Shown here: positions 38,560 to 50,199 of the stretch, piece after piece
How the letters are laid out: each line of letters starts with the position of its first letter
Numbering within the stretch: the first letter of the stretch is position 1
Origin: Ostrea edulis
Lineage: Eukaryota
Reading direction: 5' to 3'
Assembly (NCBI RefSeq): GCF_947568905.1
Contig: NC_079164.1
Coordinates: forward strand, 81,096,001 to 81,160,000
Length of the DNA: 64,000 bases
Program-made: the position numbers and the translations under genes
The notes under the pieces: generated by a model
What the model saw: the letters and a program-made list of their open reading frames with translations, nothing else
Database searches by the model: none
Told to the model about the DNA's origin: nothing

Positions 38560-41500
38560 CAAAAGCATCCTTGCCGGGTGAAGGACTTTCAAGTTTGTTC
38601 AAATGAAGGGCCATGCCCCCTTCAAAGAGGTGATAATCACAAAAATGCAAAAATAGAGTGAGGTCATTTAAAATCTTCTCAAGAACCATTGAGCCAGAAG
38701 AGCTGAAATTTACATGAAAGCTGGGATTAAAGTTTTACATGCGAATATATATGTAAAATCTTTGAAAATCTTCTCAAGAACCACTGGGCTAGGAAAATAC
38801 ATTTTTCATGAAAGCTTCCTGACATAGTGCAGATTCAAGTTTGTTAAAATCATGACCCCACCCCCCACCCCCCGGGGGTAGATTGGGCCACTATAGGGAA
38901 TCGGAGTTTTACATACAAATATAATTAAAAGGAAAAAATCTTTAAAAATATTTTTTTCAAAAACCACTGGGCTAGGAAAGTACCATCTTCACAAACCAAG
39001 TGTCCGTTTCGCTTACTCTCATTAGAGTAAGTGAATCAAACACTTGGCTTGGCTTGCAAAAATAGGAAAGTACAAATTTACGTGAAAGCTTTCTGACATA
39101 GTGCAGATTCAATTTTGTTAAAATCATGGCCCCCAAGGGTAGGATGGCGCCCACAATAGGGGATCAAAGTTTTACATACAAATATATAGAGCAAATCTTT
39201 AAAAATCTTCTTCTTAAGATCTATTGGGCCAAAGTAGTTTACATTTACATGAAAGCTTCCTGACATGGTGCAGATTCAAGTTTGTAAAAATCATGGCCAC
39301 TGATAATAGGTTGGGGCCACAAAAGGGATCAAAGTTTTACATGCGAATATATAGGGAAAAATATGGGTCAAGGTGACTCAGGTAAGCGATGTGGCCCATG
39401 AGCCTCTTGTTAGTTTTCTTTCAAAATCTCTAGAAGTTGAAAAAAAAATCATGAATTTTGTAAGGACTTTGTTAAACAAGATGTGAAATATACTGGCAAT
39501 TTAACATGTTGATGGTAGATAATTTATTTGTATACGTATGGCAGGAATCCACATCACTAGCACTCAATGGCCTGGGCTGGTGAGACAGATGAACAAGGTG
39601 ATTATGTTTCACCTCCAGTTCTGGGATGTAGGTGATGGAGCCATGAAGAAGTATGAACACATCAAATCAGTAAGTATCCCATTAAGGCAACAGTTTCCAG
39701 CTCACTTGAGCCTTTAGCTCCGGCATCTTTTGTAGTGGTCATTGTTGTTAACTGTTCATAATTCCATCTTCCAAAGAAGATTAATATGTTTCAATCAGAC
39801 TTGGTACAAATCATAATTAGGTAAAGGGGATTCAAGATAGTTCAAATAAAGGACCATGCTCCCATCAAGGGAGAGACCATTTCCCCGTCAAAGGGGAGAC
39901 AATCAAGAAAAAGCAAAAATAGTCATTTAAAATCTCAAAAACCACTGGACCAGGAATGTTGAAATTTACAAAATCCTGACATAGCATATTTAAATCAGGG
40001 TAGGGTGGGACCACAATAAGGGATCAAAGTTTTACATGCAGATATATAGGGAAAATCTTTAAAAATATTCTTCTCATGAACAACAAGGCCATGATTACTC
40101 ATATTAATATGCAAGCATCCTCAGGTAGTGCAGATTCAAGTTTGTTCAAATTGTGTCCCATGGGGGGATGTTGGTGGTGGAGTAGAGTCACATTAGGGGA
40201 TAAAAGTTTTATATGGGAATATATAGAGATACATCCTTTAAAACACCTTGACCTTGGAGTTTGACTTTCTTTTAGGAAAACTTAACCGAAGCAATTTAAG
40301 TTAGTGCTTTCATATTTTGTGTATAGATATTTCTTATGGCAAGACATTATATTTTATCCCATGATGTTTTACTTTGTGATCAAAAGACATGGCCTAATGA
40401 AATGTATTTAACACATGAAATCAATAAATATCTTAATAATACATCGTAAGACTTGGCCTAATGAAACGTGTCACTAACTGGAGAGAATGAAAGCTTGTTT
40501 GAGGTATTTGGAACAAGATTTAGTTAGTACAGATCCTGAAACGTGCTACTTCACCTCCAATGCGTTTCGTTTCGTTTCGTTTCATGCAAACTATTCAGCG
40601 TTCCGTGCAAGAATCATTTCATACCGTTCCGTGCAAGTAGTGTAGTAGTACACTTCAGGGTCTGTACAAGTAGTATAGAAAAATGGAGTAAAGGAATATT
40701 TGATAAAATTTATTTAAATGTAGTTTTACCCAGTTATCATACATAATTAGTTACATTTTGTACATTCTACTGATTGAATACGATTTACCTACATCTTAAT
40801 CATATTCCAGACTTGGGAGAATCAAGCAGATTGTGCAATATTCCTCTTTAGCTTTGTGGATCGAGGAAGCTTTGAAGAGATCTCTCAACACATAACCAGA
40901 ATGACCAAACCAAGAAATAACTTTGCAAAGCTTGTTATTGGTGCCAAGTATCCTTAGTTAGGAATTTGATAAAACTGTTGAAAGATTTTGATATCAGTGA
41001 AAGTTTTAAATTCTCTGTCACTGCTATTTAGATAGCAATATAAACATAATATACTGTTGATTCCTTATAGTACATGTACTCCATACCGCAATATGACTCG
41101 TAGACGTCAAATTGCGAGTTCATGAATTTTCTAGTTGTCTGATGATCAAAAGGTTTTACATGTATTTCAGCAATATGAAAATAAAAGCATTTAATTTTAT
41201 TTCACAATTGGTGCTTCTCACTAAATAAAACAATAGCAAATTCCTTCATATATATAGAAATCTACAATAATATGTATGTCACTTTTTCACACTGGGTGGA
41301 ATGAATTTTGCTGCAACAAGTCCTCATCCAATGCAGAAGACCGAAATATAGTAATGAATTCGAGTTATTATGAGTATTTCTTCTCTAAATAATATTAACC
41401 CCGACCACAAAGTTTCAGTTTCTTTATTTCAGTGAGCCATATGGGAACTCACACATTCCCACACAAAGTACAAATCACACATTCGAAAAGCTTGTTATTC

Positions 41501-42542
41501 CCCTTGTTTTTACTGACAATTTTGTAAACAATTAAATGAATGGTAAGTCATGTAAACAATTAAATGAATGATCAATTAAATGAATGGCCAGTCATTTTAA
41601 GCAATTTAATTTACAAAATTTTGATTCAGAATATCAAAGTTTCTAAATTTACTCGTAGACTGAATGAGGTAAACTTTTAAATGAACCTGGGCATGATGGC
41701 ATTGAAAGAAAGAGGTCGAAGTCAGTGTAATAAAGTACACGCTCAACAATTTACACTCTTATTATATTCATAGTATTTTCAAAAGGTGATAAGATGATTC
41801 GTGAAGTTAAATTGATAGATGTATTTGATAATGAAGAAGCATTCTGTAAGTATTACACAGTATTATCTCCCCTACTGATCCCAAGTTGTTTGTATAATAC
41901 TTTGTGTGCAGTCCTGTTGAAATTTCATGCAATTGTAACGCTTTTTGCATTTTCTTGAATTTCAATATTCAAAACATGTCAAGGATCATATTGTCACTAG
42001 CCCCATAAATCTTGTGAAAATTGCCGTACTCAACTTTGACAAAATACTTAAACCACATACCAATTTGAAAGCTTGACGGAGAAAAAAGTCCAGAAAAATA
42101 ATGTCACTGCCGGTAGGGGACTAATAATTAGGAAATTATTGTAAGATTAGAATTTGAAATACTTATTAGTATGCTATGCAGATTTCAAACTTCATGCATT
42201 TAATGTGTTAAAAAGAACTATGCGTTAAATATTTCAATTTTAAAACAAAACTGATAAAAATAAGTTCAGAAGTAAAATTTTGAAGCTTGTAATTTCCTTG
42301 ACTTGAGCAGATTTGATCAGCATGCCCACAGTGAGGTCACCCAGAGGGACATCAGAGACTTTGAACACACATGGAAAATCCCTGTTCTAAAGATCAGAAA
42401 TGTTCCAGACACGGAAACAAAAAACGATATGCATGAAATCTCTCAGATACTGACCACTATCAGTGAGCATTTGTGGCATCGTGATATTCTGATGGCCGGT
42501 AGATCTGTACCAGTTAATGATGGGAAAATTTCATCATGCTGA
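36929..42542 (+). CDS. CPLANE2: CPLANE2/RSG1 small GTPase (ciliogenesis and planar polarity effector 2); exons 36929-37037, 37978-38130, 39545-39669, 40811-40947, 42311-42542, about 251 aa
   Basis: PGSLISQEW N-terminus, P-loop YKILMVGKSGVGKTS, SETPG, FWDVGDGAMKKYEH, FLFSFVDRGSFE, IGAKFDQ and EHLWHRD match recalled RSG1 motifs. All joins are phase-consistent (756 nt). Confidence 0.9.
37070..37355. mobile_element. TTAA-ended non-autonomous DNA element containing a tRNA-like segment
   Basis: TTAAG.TAGCTCACTACAC...GTGTAGTGAGCCACCTTAA inverted ends; internal TAGTTCAGTGG...AGTTCAAATC. Similar tRNA-like cores occur near 2310-2370 and 53555-53770. Confidence 0.5.
37374..37453. mobile_element. 80-bp hairpin MITE, same family as 30600-30710
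   Basis: CAATCTGATTAAAACCAGATCTTC...GAAGATCTAGTTTTAATCAGATTG; flanks GGACTTTTA and GGAATTTTG. Confidence 0.65.
38440..39412 (-). repeat. HINE-like element, reverse orientation, in CPLANE2 intron 2
   Basis: Reverse-complement satellite monomers; end AACAAGAGGCTCATGGGCCACATCGC on the minus strand matches the plus-strand end at about 4827. Confidence 0.65.
40948..42310 (+). other. U12-type (minor spliceosome) GT-AG intron in CPLANE2
   Basis: 5' splice site GTATCCTT at 40948-40955; branch site TTTCCTTGAC at 42293-42302; no polypyrimidine tract; CAG at 42308-42310. Confidence 0.85.
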
Positions 42543-43633
42543 GATTGGCTTTGTTGGGTTTTTTTCTCTCTCTCAACATTGAATCAAAAATTTATTTACC
42601 ATTATGTTTTCATTATGTATACTTGTATGACATGGCTGTATATTTTCTAAATAAATTTTTGATGCAATTTTTTTTTAGATCATTCTATTGAAAATTGTGT
42701 ACAACATGAGTTTTGTGCTTACAAACATTTTGAAATTGTATGGAAACAATGAATTTAATAGACAGTCTCTGTCCCAGGGCATCGTTGCAAACCACTGTTT
42801 TGAGTTCACGAAGCTCCCTCAAATGATGGAGAGAATCGATGAGAAGCACACAAGGGTAACCGACAATGGTCTCAGGGCTGCACTCAAAATGAAATATCCT
42901 TGTATATATAACGAAGTATTGATAAATATACCATGAAGACAGTATATTTTACTGGTTGGACTGCTACCAGTGGTGAATTTAGGGCAAGACCCCTCTTCTC
43001 CATCCTCAAAAAGGAGGGACCCCTCTTCTCCATCCTCAAAAGGAGGATGGAAAAGGTGAGGTGTTGCTTTATTTTACAAACGTGTAAAAAATAAAATTCT
43101 TCTTCCCGCTATCTGTATCCACCCTTAGTTGTTGCATGTCTCTATCAGTGTGTTTGACATCCAAAACACTCATTGTTCATGTATATTGTTCTTCATATAG
43201 CAAATTAAGGCAGGCTGAACATACTGTTGGTATTGTTTATAATTGTGCTATCATAAAACTCCTCTTTAATCAATATCATCATCCACAGAAAGTCAACTTC
43301 CTCCTTTAACATGTACTGAGTACTTGTGCTGTGAAGTAAGGTATATTTTGTCTTTAACATTTTCAGAACGAGGAAAATGTTTAACTCTATTTTACTAGAG
43401 AGCTGAAGTATTTTCACAAGAATTGTCCACGTGCACAATTGGACCATGGACCTTAATTTCACAAAGTGATAAAATTACAATATGTTGTGTGTTTTTATAT
43501 TTAATTTAATAAACCATTTCATTCAGTATACCTATTTACAATACAAGAAGTACATGTACATTGAATGGGATAGGCTAAGCCCTTACATGGTAGCCTCTCA
43601 CTTTGATCTTTTTACATTGGTAAAAGGTAATAT

Positions 43634-46600
43634 TTAAATAGGCCTATACACAAGGAAAAAAATCAAAAAGATCATCGACTTGGAAATGGACAGTCTGGTA
43701 CCCCCATTATCCCTGTTTGACTGGGTCGTGGCACTGGCTGATGTACTCTGTGAACTTGTAGACGTTGACTGGGTTGTGGCACTGGCTGATGTACTCTGTG
43801 AACTTGTGGATGTTGACTGTGTGCTAGTCGATGTTTGAGTTGTAGAAGTGGTTCCTGTTGTGGAGGAGACAGTTGAGGTTGATTGTGTTGAGGTCAGTAG
43901 AGTGGTGCTGGGTTCTGTTGTGGTAGAAATGGTGGGTGAACTTGTCGATGTTGACTGTGTGCTAGTCGGTGTTTGAGTTGTAGAAGTGGTTCCTGTTGTG
44001 GAGGAGACAGTTGAGGTTGATTGTGTTGAGGTCAGCAGAGTGGTGCTGGGTTCTGTTGTGGTAGAAATGGTGGGTGAACTTGTGGATGTTGACTGTGCAG
44101 TAGACGATTGCTGAGTTGAAGTTGTAGGTCCTGTAGTTGTTGGTTGGGTAGTCATGTTGGCTGAATCTGATGTGTTGAAACCATCAACTGAACTCATAGA
44201 TGTTGATTGTGTTGTAGTGGTGGTTGATCCAGATGTGGTGGTGGCTGAACCAGTGGATGTGGACAGTGAAGTGGTCCATGGTGCAGTGAAGGTTGTAGAT
44301 TCTGCTGTGTCAGAGATGGTGGTTGAATTTGTAGACAATGACTGTGAAAGAGTTGTTGACAAGGTGTTAGATTCTGTGGAACTCACAGCTGTTGACTGTG
44401 TAAGAGTTGTTGGTTGAGTAGAGGTGAATTCTGTTGTGGCAGAAATGGTGGTTGAACTTGTGGAAGTTGATATTGCTATTGAAGTGGTGGAACTAGGTTC
44501 TGTAGAACTCATGGATGTTGACTGTGTCGTAGACATTTTTTGAGTTACAGTGGTGGATTCTGCTGTAGTTGATACTGCAGTTGTTGGGAAAAGCTGATCT
44601 AAACAAGACTGAGTTACAATGTTGAGAACTTTTAGCCCGACAAACTGTGATAATGTTGTCCCACAATAAGTTGTTAAACATGTTCCGAAGGAAGATACGG
44701 TGTTTCTGCAAACATAAAACATGTTCATTTAATTCAAATACGTAATATGCAGATTTGTATCAGACAGCAAATAGTTCTACAAATAGATTTCGGAATATCT
44801 TGCCTTCTAACAGCAGACTAGCTAAACGTTATGCATTGTTAGAAATTTAATAGTGAATTTTCTGAGGAGTGTAAAAAAAAAATTAAAAATTTCAACATTT
44901 GATAATACTATGAGTGAATATATCACAAAATCCATAACAGTAAATATAGATGATGGAGCAGTTTCTACTTTCTTATTTTATAGTTTAGTTTAGTCGCATT
45001 GTATAAGAGAAAAATACAGAGTTGTCTGCCCTTTGCAGAATTAGTAGTCTTCTACTTTATAATTATTAAAATAGTTCTAACCAACTAATTTAAAAAACCA
45101 ACCGCCCTTCGTTATTATCGTGAGCAATACTTACGCACAGAAACTGGCGTCTGATGAATAATCTACGGTTATACAGGACGTTTTGATGGTAACGAGACTT
45201 GATTCGCAGTTCTGAACGTCAGTAATTACACCTGTAAAAGAAACAAAAATTACACCTGTTCATTAAAGAACAAGAACACTCCTCTGAACATCTAATTACA
45301 ATGTGCAAGTCAATATTATACCTGTACGCAACCGTATTACCGTAAATCTGAAAATTTTTGGAGTGGTCTATTCATTGCGAAAATGGGTTGAATTTTTTTT
45401 TTTTTGTATATCAAAATTTTGCGAACCTTTACGTTGGTGCTAAAGGACACAAGAAGTATTTTCTCCAAAAAAAAAAAAAAATGTTTGTGTGAAAAATAGT
45501 TTTACAAATTCAATAACCCTGGAAAATTGTCAAAGAAATAGTATCTATCGCAAAAATAACCAGTTATATATGGTGTCCGGATAGGGCCATGTGCAAAAGT
45601 GTATTTAGCACGTTACTTAAAACGCTAACACACAACACACCGTCGTGTTGTCATGCTAACATGCCGTTGTGCTAACACACAACACGCCGTCGCGCTATCA
45701 CGGTAATACACAACATGCTGTCAAGCTAACACGCTGTCAAGCTATTGCGCTAATACACAGTCGAACGCGGTTGACTATACGAAATCGTGACGGCGTGTTG
45801 TGTGTTAAACTAGCGCGACAGCGTGTTGTGTGTTAGCTTGACAGGTGATGGCGTGTTAGTGTGACGGCGTGTTGTGTATTAGCGTGATAGCGCGACGGTG
45901 TATTGTGTATTAGCGCGACGGCATGTTAGCGTGACGGCGTTTTGTGTATTAGCGTGATAGCGTGACAACATCTTGTGTAATAGCGCGACGGTATGTCGTG
46001 TGGTAGCGCGACGGCGTGTTGTGTGTTTGCGTAAGAGCGCGTTTTTTAAAAGAAACGCGCTATTACGCTTTTGCACATTGCAAGTTTGTGTATTGTGATC
46101 GAGATGTAAATATATAAGATTACTTGAGATGTCTGTACTGCATATACTGTTGATTTCAGATTCGAATTGGGTGATGTTGATGACGTTTTTCAGTCTGGCG
46201 TCCACGGGGTATGAGGAGGAAGGCAGAGTCGTGCTAATGCAGGACAAGTAGGCATCTTTGTGTCTGTTCATGACAATTCATTGGTTTATTGAAAATTATT
46301 TAAAAGCTGTTAGCAAATTCACGTGAAACTTCTTACTGGTAGGAAGTGTACCTCTTTGCTAGTTTCGTTTTTATCGAACGAATTTTAATTCAGAACAAAA
46401 ACTCGAGAAGTGATTTACTCACGTGCATATTTCTCCGTTGTAAAGAATAGTTGTGACAGCAAACAACAAACCCTCAAGAGTGCTCACGTCTACTGAGTTT
46501 CCCATTGGATCCACCAACGTATCGAACACACCACTGCTGGACAAGCATTTTTCGAACACCGTTTCCTCGTATCTGTTGATTTAGGGACACATATTACCAA

Positions 46601-47858
46601 AAAAGTACTTATATGTATGGGTTAATCGATATGTACATATTAGTTTGCAATGCATTAAAAATGTATACTTTTTCTGATGTTCAATTTAAACATATTTTCT
46701 TGATTTGAATGTTATGGGCTATTTCAATGTTTTATCAAAATACATATAATTGATATATACAACCAATACAATCGGTTTGTTGATTTTGAAGCACAAAAAA
46801 AAAAGAGGGGTGGGGGGCTTATTTCTTTAGCCTCAAATTGTAATACAAATTATCCAATTTATATCTTACCAGCCTTTTTTTTAAGAGAATATTTTGCGTA
46901 GACTGTGTTTGAACATTATTGACAAGTTTCTCCCCATCATTTCTTCATATTAAAGTCTACATTTTATTTCGTATTTACATGACATATTTAAGGAGGAACA
47001 ACACATCTGAGATTTCTAATATTGATGGAAACTGGGGGATAAATACAATGCTATTTTGAAATTACATGAAATCTTTCAGGTTCAAACACACGATCTACAT
47101 ATCAGTATAGTCAATTTAATTATTGGTATCATCAAGTCATTTGAAGAAAGCAGCAATGCAGTTATGACGCGCATCAATTCAGCAGAATAATTAATGCTAT
47201 CATCACTTCAATTAATGTGCGCAATAATTCAGAACTGAAAATATCATTAGATTATTTGATGATCTCTTTAATTATTTGCAATGCTTTTGTATAAGGAGTT
47301 AATGCGTGCATCAATTATTTTAAAATGAGCAGCAATTCAATTAAAGATACCATTTATTCAGTTGTGGATATGTTGAATTGAGGCTACATGTACATGTAGT
47401 TGTTCTTTCTGAAAGAATTACCGCGCGCATCAATTGAATTATTTCTCCCTTCAATTAAATTATATATATATAGCGCGTGTCAATACAGCATAATAATTAA
47501 TACTATCACCAATTCAATTAATGCGCGCAATAATTCAGAACTGAAAATATCATTTATTATTCGAAGAAATCTTTAATTGAAATGTTACTTGCATCAAATT
47601 AATCGATACCTTCAACTAATTAAAGATATCTTAAATTAGTTCAGTTTATATTAATTTGGCGCTCCTTAAAAATAACCTAGAGGGGCGATCACCCGGAGTG
47701 GGTGTTTTCAAGACTGAAAATTTTTATGCTATTTCTTATTTCTGCTTCCATCCAACAGAACTCTTGGGCCCCAAGTTAGGAAAGTACAAGTATCCTGGAC
47801 GCCTCTTTATCCTTATTTACTTACGTTGTTCCAAGGGCGGAATTTGCAAGCAGTGCAA
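43634..47858 (-). CDS. Cys-rich ectodomain plus Ser/Thr mucin-like stalk and probable GPI signal; exons 47858-47825, 46572-46423, 46263-46139, 45231-45135, 44705-43634; ATG exon not located
   Basis: Five phase-consistent GT-AG exons. ALLANSALG resembles a signal-peptide end, followed by several Cys-containing exons, about 280 aa of S/T-rich sequence with 46-aa (138 bp) x2 and 16-aa (48 bp) x2 repeats, and a hydrophobic C-terminus SMIFLIFFLVYRPI. The donor of the 46263 exon could be at 46148 or 46139. Confidence 0.7.
45601..46056. mobile_element. CpG-rich foldback-type element
   Basis: Left arm repeats CTAACACACAACACGCCGTCGCG and right arm repeats the reverse complement, around a short central spacer near 45760-45780. 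Confidence 0.6.
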
Positions 47859-49365
47859 CTGTATAAAAAAAGAAAGATAATCATTTTTTTTTTTAAATGA
47901 ACAATTTGAAGAAGAAGAAAATGAATAATAATAATTCAATTCAATTTAGAGTTCATAGTTTCTCGGAGAAGTCTTAGAAAACCTAGGTCGGTATTCGATA
48001 GAGGTTTTGGTTCGAGATCTTACTAAATGCGCCTTGTACGCTTTAATCTGATTACATTGGTCGTACATGCCAGCTATGGCTGTGGGTGTGTCTCTTGACA
48101 ATTTTTATTAGCAACTATGCACCGAGATATTGCGGTATTCACAAACTATGGCCTAAATTGTATAAATTTTCGTTTCCACTTCTCGATTGGACCCCTATTC
48201 GACAAAAATCCTGGATCCAACAAAGAAATGTTTCAAAAATTTTGAAATGCGTACAACCATTCAAGCTAAGCTTTGTTCAGCCATGACAGCAAAGAGAGAA
48301 GTACAGTCTATATTATACAGTGTATACATCGATTATATTTTAAATATACATTTTAAACATTACAAACCTAATGATGTTTTGACTTTTCATGAATTCTATC
48401 TATCTATTTTATCTACAAAAAATACTTACTGTACAAGATTGAAAGGAACGGAACCGTTTTCATATTCATCATCTGAGGAAACTCTCTTCAATATTAGACT
48501 ATTAAAAGTTGAAGTAAATAAACGTATATAAGCAAAGAGGCAGGTTAAATTATGTATTCTCGTGAGGTACTTCAGATGACTTTGGGAACACCTAGTTTCT
48601 CGACTTGACAGTTCTAAAGTCATCACGGAGGGGTGAAATCAGATACGACACTGTCAAATAGATTTAAGTGATGAGAAGTTTTATTCAAAAACTGACAAAT
48701 TTATGTTTGTACGTGTTAATATTTGTATAAAAGATAGTTTGCAGTTGTGCAACATGAAATTGAAGTTGTCTTTGCGCCCTATTAAGGTATTCCAGTTCAG
48801 AGAAGTGACATTAAACAAGAAATTCCAAGTATGAATGTGGAAAGAACTTTGGTCTTGATAGAGAGAGAGAGAGAGAGAGAGAGCCGCAACAAGAATCCTT
48901 TTTTAAACAGAATAGCATACACTGCTGGTGAAATAGGGAGACTTCAAAACCAACGCTGTATGAAATCGACACGATTGGTCCGAGTGTTTAGATATGCACG
49001 TGTAGAATATCGCTCTGTAATGTTGATCTCGGACCTGGGATTGACCCCAGGAGTTGAATCAATTAACTAATTATACTTAATACGTCCAAGTTGTATCAGT
49101 GCTTATTACAATCGAGTTCTTAAAGTGGATCGTTTACACCAGCATTTTATTTTGGTACTCGTTATATGAAGTACGATAGTGGTACAAGCTCTCCATCATT
49201 CTATATGAATTGTTTTTGAGTGGGTTTTTTTTTGTTTTTGTTTTTTTTTAGGTTGTTTTTTTTTTTTTCAGTTATTTTGTGTTTGGTTGGTTGGTTTTTA
49301 GTTTGTTTGTTTTTCATCAATATTATAAATACGGGTATTTTGTTTGCAAAAATGAACAGATTGGT

Positions 49366-49396
<31 letters not shown>

Positions 49397-50199
49397 CCAA
49401 ATTTCGTCGTCATGAAAGGGGCATGAAATGAATATTTATAAAACATGCCGAGAGAGTTCAGGTAAACGGTATACTATTTTCAAATAAATAAATATTTATG
49501 AAAATTAAACACGTTATTTGTTAATTTTTTTGAAGTCTACGGTTAAATTTTTCAAGAAACATGTTCTATTAGATATTTATATCATGCATCGAATCACAGC
49601 AAAATTTGGACTCTAAAAGATTTTTTTCTTAGTGAAAATGTAAAATTAACCGAAGAATTGCAACGAAGGATCAATCCTTTTCTTGTGGAATGCACACTTT
49701 CGTACACATGGTACAGACCCCCTTCCTCCGTCATCTTCAGATTACCTCTGTGCACTGGCAAGTTAAAGATTCTATTTGCCAGACATCGCGCCGTACGTAC
49801 ACGGAATGGTATCCACTGTCGTGCCGTTGGACATTCTTATTCAAATAAACTGTTTAAATTGCTTTATTAAACATTTGCATAGGTAAATCATTTGCTCATT
49901 TTGTAATATTTGCGCCTACCTTGTCCTTTCCACGCCTGTTAATATTTCCTCACTTCTACCGCTCCTCTGAAATGTATAAGAATTTGTTTTGTTTTTTTAT
50001 TGTGTGGTACCCCTACAGTCCTAAGGGGGGGGGGGGGGCTAATCTTACCTGCATGTTTGTATGTGTGCTGTATTACGCCTTTTCACTTTGCATTATAATG
50101 CCCTTTGAAAGGCATAATAGCGCCTTTTTATTCGCGTTATTACGTTTTCTTTGCGTTATTACACCCTTTTCACCTCGCATTATAATTTAAATGTCTTTC

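Noticed and set aside
44154-44417. Val/Asp-rich plus-strand ORF
   Set aside because: It is the antisense shadow of the Thr/Ser-rich mucin exon.
45879-46271. 130-aa standalone ORF
   Set aside because: Only 46263-46139 is a real exon; the rest is read-through into intron and the foldback repeat.
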